This document shows positions 57,347 to 64,000 of a stretch of 64,000 nt of DNA, piece after piece. The DNA is from the human T2T-CHM13v2.0 reference genome, Homo sapiens. The DNA is taken from NCBI RefSeq assembly GCF_009914755.1, contig NC_060938.1; one strand, given 5' to 3'. Positions within the stretch are counted from its first letter, which is position 1, and every line of letters begins with the position of its first letter. The position numbers and the translations under genes are program-made. A model generated the notes under the pieces. That model did no database searches, was not told the origin of the DNA, and worked only from the letters and a program-made list of their open reading frames with translations.

Positions 57347-57652
57347 GGCTGGGTGCAGGAGTTCACACTTGTAATTCCAACACTTTGGGAGGCCGAGGCA
57401 GGCAGACTTCTTAAGCCCAGGAGTTTGAGACGAGCCTGGGCAACATGGTGAAACCCCGTCTCTACAAAAAAATACAAAAGTTGGCTGGGTGGGGTGCTGC
57501 ACATCTCTAGTCCCAGATACTCAGGAGGCTGAAGTGGGAGGATTGCCTGAGCCTGGGAAGCCAAGGCTGCAGTGAGCTATGATTGCGCCACTGTACTTTA
57601 GCCTAAACAATAGAGTGAGACCTTGTCTCAACAATAAACAAATAAATAAATA
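57347..57652 (+). mobile_element. AluJ
   Basis: Diverged dimer with a TSD ending ATTTTCTT. Confidence 0.88.
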
Positions 57653-57914
57653 ATTTTCTTATTTCATTTAGTATTACTTTCTCTGAATTTGAGGATTCTG
57701 CTCTTGACAATGGCATTGCCTATATCTGGTTAACAAGCTGAAGATACCGATTTACATAAGTACCTTCGCATTTACTGCCCACAACAACTCCTTTTCAGCC
57801 ATGAGCCCATATAATTGGTATGTTATCCATTATCTTCTATAAATCCTGCCCCAAAGTTACACTGGTAGAGCCCTGTAGCAATAATTACAAGTTCTAGAGT
57901 TCAATACTTGCTCC

Positions 57915-58069
57915 TTTATTTTAGAGACAGAGTTTCGCTCTGTCACCCAGGCTGGAGTACAGCAGCACAACCACAGCTCACTGCAGTCTTGAACTCCTGG
58001 GCTCAAGAGACCCTCCTGCCTCCACTTCTCCAGTAGCTGGGATTACAGGCATAAGCCACTGTGCCTGGC
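57915..58069 (-). mobile_element. Alu monomer (FAM-like)
   Basis: A single Alu arm. Confidence 0.78.
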
Positions 58070-58598
58070 TTAACATCTGCTCATTAAATAACTCACTTAT
58101 GATTCAGATGACAGCTTCATATACTTCCCTCTAGAAAACGAGACTACAGCAATCCTATTTCTCAAGTATGCTATAAAGAGAAACACAAAGCTATATTAAT
58201 ATTATATCTGTAAATTCTGAGCCATCTGGAATAATATCTTTTTCTTCAGCTAATTAGACACCTTAAAGGACTACTTGCTTTAAGCAAACATACACAAAAC
58301 TTGTATATAAAAATCCACATATACTCAAAAGATAAATTATAGGTTGGTTAGGTTGATTATTGACTATGCAAAAATATGTATGAAAGTAGATTTCCCCTTC
58401 AAAATGTAAAGCATGTCTCAACCTATCTAAAATGAGGCTTACATAATAATTTGTGGAAATATGCATTTGTTTTATCATACTTACATGCATTTAGCTCCTT
58501 GAAAGCAGGTATTTCACCTTAATCCATCTTTGTGCCCCACTTCCCAGGATCAAGCATTGTGCCTCACACAGAATAAGCACTCAGTATATGTTTATTGA

Positions 58599-58988
<390 letters not shown>

Positions 58989-60926
58989 GAGAGCCGTTTT
59001 CCACTCACTTATTCTACTCATCAGTGTGGGCTGAGTGGTCCAGGAGGCTTCATAGAGGAGAATAAGTTTGAGCTGAATTCTTTCTGTTTCTTTCCTGGCC
59101 TCTTAACTTCATAGCTCCCTGTTTATGGAGCAGAGGAGCTCTGAGTATTATTTGCTATAGAAAGTGACAGAATGATCTTTTTATCATATGGGTGTATTTC
59201 TTGTGTGGTGAGAACAGTGCTATACTGCCTGGAAATGAATCATACCTTTAACTGGGATGGAATTTTCTCTGAAGGGTGGCATGTACATGGTATTAATCAT
59301 GACAACTGTTGGACTGTCACTTGCCTAGGAATTAAATGTGTGTCCTTCAACCTGTAAACAGGACAGACAGTACGTATGCAGGGGGTAGGGGCTCACTACT
59401 ACTTGGTGGTGAGCCCTAGGAGAAATTCATATCTTGGTCTTGGCTCTTCTATGCGGGGGCGGGGGTGGGGAGTAGAAAATGAGAAGTTTACCCTTTACAT
59501 AGGGGGAAAAAAAAAAGCCAAGCACTGAGGTGCCAGAAAGCCTGGCAAAGTGCCTGAAATATTGTGCCAGTGCTTTGGGAACAGAATACAAAACACTCAG
59601 ACAGAGCACGGAATGGGTCAGGGCCCATAATCCCTAGAAACTCATTAGTGAAGATCAGAGAGAAATTTGTACCAGACGAACCTAATTCATTTTCTGTTTC
59701 TTTCACTTCTCAGTTTATTTGCTTTGTGTTCCCTTAGGTTTGAGCCAGGTCTTTTAAAAATTTCTACTAATTTCAGCTGAAACAAGTGAAAGGATGTACA
59801 TCTCTTCCTGAGCCAGAGTTTTAATAGGAAACAGGATTCCTCAGAGAGCATGTGAAGCAGACACCTTAAAAAAAATCCAGAGGGAGCAGCACCAGGCTCC
59901 TGCCCACCTGGAGAATCTCCTTCTGCTGCTAAAACGTTGCAGATTCTTTATGCTGTTTTAATAGAAGAAGAAATTTCTGTAGACTATTGTGTCTAGAGAT
60001 AAGCAATGTAGAAGGAGACAGAATGGCTGGAGAAGAAAAGGCCCTGGTAAATGAGGGCAAAATCAATGTAAATCTTTCAGGACCAATGTAATGCTTCCAA
60101 GTGTGATAATTTTTAAATCTTGTAAGGTCATTTAAATTGGTGTATTACATTTTTCTTCTAATCTTTTCCCTCAGGGATACACATTCATTTAAATGCTAAG
60201 AGGTAGTCCGATGGCAAAACAACTTCGTGGTTATGAATACAGCTTGATAAAGTGTAGTTGATACTATCCACACATTATTCTATACATATTTAAGGTTTGT
60301 AATTGTTTGTCCTCCAATGCAATAAAATTCTCATGTTTGCACCAATCAAAGAATACTTACATATGTCTATCCTCATATTGAAAAATCATGCCTTTGAAAA
60401 TGCCTTAATTTTCTGCAAGCATCTAAAATATCTTTGAAATTTCTACCACTCACATATAGTTCCAAGCTACGTGTTTGCCTCAGCATCTGCACAAAAGCCA
60501 CCACACATGGAAAGCCCTGCTTGGACCACTGCCCACAGGGATTCTCAACCCTGGAGTCTGTGCCCAGATTAAACAGTCAGAACAAATCCTTTTGCCAGGA
60601 GTCTGAACATCATCCTCAAAAACGACATGTATCTCTTTCTATAGAAATATCTAGTTTACTGTAAACTAGATATTTATTAGCCTGAGGCTGAGCACCTGAT
60701 TGCCTGTTCTTCATGGAAAAGCAGCCGCTCCAGTTGTTAAAAGCTATTCTTAAGAAATAATTCATCTAACCAGTGAGCTATGACTTGGTTGATTGCACGG
60801 CTATAAAACAATTTATTGCTAGTGTGGTGTATATGGTATCTATTCACCACTCTTTAGAATTTTTTCCATATTGTTAGGTTTGTTCCCACTCATTTTTCTA
60901 CAATTATCAATAAAATTATAAATATA

Positions 60927-61265
60927 CAGTTGTACATCACTTAACAATCGGGATACATTCTGAGAAATGTGTCATTAGGCGATTTCGTCATCATGCAAAC
61001 ATCATAGAGTGTACATACACAAATATAGAAGGTGTAGACCTACTACACATGTAGGCTATAAGGTATAGCCTATTGCTCCTAGGCTCCAAACATGTACAGC
61101 ATGTTACTGTACTGAATACTGTAGGCAACTGTAACACAATGGTAAGTATTTGTGTATCTAAACATAGAAAAGGTACAGTAAAAGTACAATATTATAATCA
61201 TATGGGACCACTATCATATATGAGGTGTGTTGTTGACCAAAACTTCATTATACAGCACATTACTA
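60927..61265. mobile_element. Tigger3a/MER7-like Tc1-mariner MITE
   Basis: cagttgtacatcacttaacaatcgggatacattctgagaaatgtgtcattaggcgatttcgtc..., flanked by TA. Confidence 0.85.
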
Positions 61266-61307
61266 TAAATATATACACAAATCTATAACACAAACACTCC
61301 CCCATGC

Positions 61308-61327
61308 CACACACACACACACACACA
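61308..61327. repeat. (CA)n microsatellite
   Basis: Directly visible in the sequence. Confidence 0.9.
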
Positions 61328-61457
61328 AAGACACACAGGGGTATACACCAATCCAGTGTTTTTCTAGGATGGAACTAAAGTCTCTCCTGACTCTTAGAGT
61401 CCTTTTTCTCTCCTGACTCTTACTTAGAGTCCTTTTTTTGTGATCCTTTCTGCCTTC

Positions 61458-62039
61458 TGTCGATGAACAGAGTCAAACTCTGTAAAATATTTGAAGAGAT
61501 ATATTCTGAGCCAAATATGAGTAACCATGGCCCATGACACAGCCCGCAGGAGGTTGTGAGAACATGTGCCCAAGGTGGTCAGGAAGACCTGGGATTGACA
61601 GAAAGGGAATGTTCAGGTTAAGATAAAGATTGTGGAGACAAAAGTTCTTTTGAAGTCTTATAGTGGCTGCCCTTAGAAACAATAGGTGACAAATGTTTCC
61701 TATTCAGATTTTAGTTAATCTCTTTAGGATTGGGAGGGTCAGGAAGAAAAAGATCTAGCTTCGTTAATGGAGATTCTTTACAGAAGCACATTTTCCCCCA
61801 CAAAGGACGCTTTGCAGGGCCATTTCAACATATGGCAAAGAAACATGTTTTGGGGTAAAATATTTATATTTTCTTCCTTGTCTCATAATGTTATGCCAGA
61901 GTCAAGTTGGAAAGTAAGTCACGATATACAGGGTTAAATAAAACCCATCTGATGAAAATTCATGATTTGTAGGGCATGGCTCTCCAGACCCCTTAGATAG
62001 GAATTTGGTCAAGATTAAAACATCAGAGTTTAGTCCTCA
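61458..62039 (-). mobile_element. MER4-group (ERV1) solo LTR
   Basis: TG...CA ends; agagtcaaactctgtaaaatatttgaagagat..ttctgagccaaatatgagt...cagagtttagtcctca. Confidence 0.82.
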
Positions 62040-63233
62040 CTTATATGTTGCATTTCTGTTTTGTAGATATCTATCTTACCTCTTCTACTAGCACTCGTGC
62101 TCCCTTAAGAGCAAGATCCACCCCCAATTATTCTTGGTATCATCTGAATAGCCAAATAAATACTTGTTAAATGCACACATAACTGAAAGAATAAATAAAA
62201 CCACTGAATATGTACAAAGCTAAATCCTTTCATCATCATGAGCCATTCTGTATAATTTTATGAGTGTCTAAGATAAGCTTACCAAGCAGTGCCGGACTGG
62301 CAAAAAAAAGGCACACACACACACAAAAAATAGATGAGGGGAACCAACTCTACAAGGTTTACTTAATTGCAATTATACCAATAAATGAATTCCCTGTGGC
62401 AGGAAAGCATACCAGAAAAACGAGAGTAAATGTCAGTTATCTTTCTTCAACAGCAGAATTTGTGAACACAGCTTTATGGCAATACCTCACAATATTGATT
62501 TTAAATATTTTTGAAATACCACAGGCTATGTGAGCATTATTAGCAAACGTGATGAACATTCTGAGTGCTACGTAATGGATGTACTAACCCACAGAGTATG
62601 CAGGTACTTAGGAATAGAGCTCTGTCATAAATGCCAAAGAAAGCACGATGATTTCAGGAAAAGACAACAAAATGACTTACCATAAGAGGCAACTGATAAC
62701 TGAAATCACCAGCAATTCTGTGTTTCATAATCTGTCATATAAGACACTTAAAGTGACACAAAAATGAAAACAAGAAAAGGGAACCTCATCCTTCCCTAAC
62801 ACATTTGGCAAAAAGTATTAGATGTTTCATGTGTTCGTGTTAATAGTTATAAAATTATTTTTTATTTAATTCCCATTCAACAGAACAGGCAACTGGGGGA
62901 GAAAGACCCAGCATTGAGTTCAAATCAAATGAAGGGCATATTCCATGGAATACTCTTTTCCATGTCATCTCCACTGTGTATCAGTTAAGTGGCTCTGTCA
63001 TTGAGGCAAAGTGAAATCAGAATCCAAAGCATTTCCAAGAACAAAAGCCAATACTCGTGCCCATTCTTAACACAGAGTGAACATTCATAATCTCACACTA
63101 CAGAATCACAAATAGCAGGAGACAGTTCAAGCCTATCACACTCTTCTTGATCTTTAACATCATATACCACACAGCAGCAACCAAAGGAAAAATCACTCAA
63201 ACTTGGTTTTATAAATATGGCCTTCTGATGGGA

Positions 63234-64000
63234 TTTTGCTAACTTGCGTGCTAGAAGGACTAAGGAAAACTAGGAAGAAGCCTATGAATTATTCAGTGAT
63301 GTCCACTATAACACAGGGAAAGGAAGAAAATCCTACTGCCTTTCTAGAGAGACTAAGGGAGGCATTGAGAAAGCATACCTCCCTGTCACCTGACTCTACT
63401 GAAGGCCAACTAATCTTAAAGGATAAGTTTATCACCCAGTCAGCTACAGACATTAGAAAAAAACTTCAAAAGTCCACCTTAGGCCCGGAGCAAAACTTAG
63501 AAACCCTATTGAACTTAGCAACCTTGGTTTTCTATAATAGAGATCAGGAGGAGCGGTGGAACAGGACAAACGGTATAAAAAAAAAGGCCACCGCTTTAGT
63601 CATGGCCCTCAGGCAAGTGGACTTTGGAGGCTCTGGAAAAGGGAAAAGCTGGGCAAATCGAATGCCTAATAGGGCTTGCTTCCAGTGCGGTCTACCAGGA
63701 CACTTTAAAAAAGATTGTCCAAATAGAAGTAAGCCGCCCCCTTGTCCATGCCCCTTATGTTGAGGGAATCACTGGAAGGCCCACTGCCCCAGGGGATGAA
63801 GGTCCTCTGAGTCAGAAACCACTAACCAGATGATCCAGCAGCAGGACTGAGGGTGCCTGGGGCAAGTGCCAGCCCATGCCATCACCCTCACAGAGCCCCA
63901 GGTATGCTTCACCATTGAGGGCCAGGAGGTTAACTGTCTCCTGGACACTGGCACAGCCTTCTCGGTCTTACTCTCCTGTCCCGGACAACTGTCCTCCAGA
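63234..64000 (+). mobile_element. HERV-W (HERV17) internal fragment: 3' part of gag (CA C-terminus, NC zinc knuckle) and start of pro; continues beyond the window
   Basis: The peptide reads LTCVLEGLRKTRKKPMNYS...QGKEENPTAFLERLREAL (major homology region), then the CFQCGLPGHFKKDC knuckle and QQQD*GC at the gag/pro boundary (TGA 63848-63850). The protease motif LLDTG has DTG at 63944-63952. DFGGSGKGKSWANRMPNRACFQC matches HERV-W rather than ERV9. Premature stops lie at 63761 and 63797. Confidence 0.88.

Noticed and set aside
55440-57900. Non-repeat segments flanking the L1 and AluJ that give protein-like minus-strand snippets (e.g. YEYLKLENLKMEFEKQIK, RHLTRRELNKLTDMFK)
   Set aside because: I could not match them to any protein, and all frames contain stops. 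A translated search after removing the L1 and Alu would be needed to test for a decayed pseudogene.
62670-62710. Consensus minus-strand donor (ATG|GTAAGT) suggesting an extra ARMH4 exon
   Set aside because: It has no convincing paired acceptor or coding frame, and isolated donor matches are common in long introns.

Overview
This is eukaryotic genomic DNA and almost certainly human, since it carries a near-consensus AluYb8. The window is almost entirely intronic. The only convincing protein-coding exon is a 258-nt, phase-1/phase-1 acidic exon on the minus strand (37679-37936), whose peptide I recognise from memory as ARMH4/C14orf37. The surrounding introns hold a decayed PCGF3 retrocopy on the + strand (~41643-42535) that seems to keep intron sequence at its ends, and a 5'-truncated, LTR-less HERV-W gag-pro fragment at the right edge. 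There are also more than 20 Alu elements, L1, L2, MIR, MaLR/ERV solo LTRs and DNA transposon fossils (Zaphod, MER58A, MER5, Tigger3). Nearly all ORFs in the supplied track are Alu, L1, LTR or chance ORFs. I found no CRISPR array, rRNA or tRNA, and I cannot support a claim of a wholly new biological system. The best leads are the semi-processed PCGF3 copy, the L1-style HERV-W copy, re-used Alu insertion sites, a possible stop-free single-exon circRNA, and several nested or rearranged elements. Subfamily labels come from remembered consensus features, and boundaries of old repeats are approximate.
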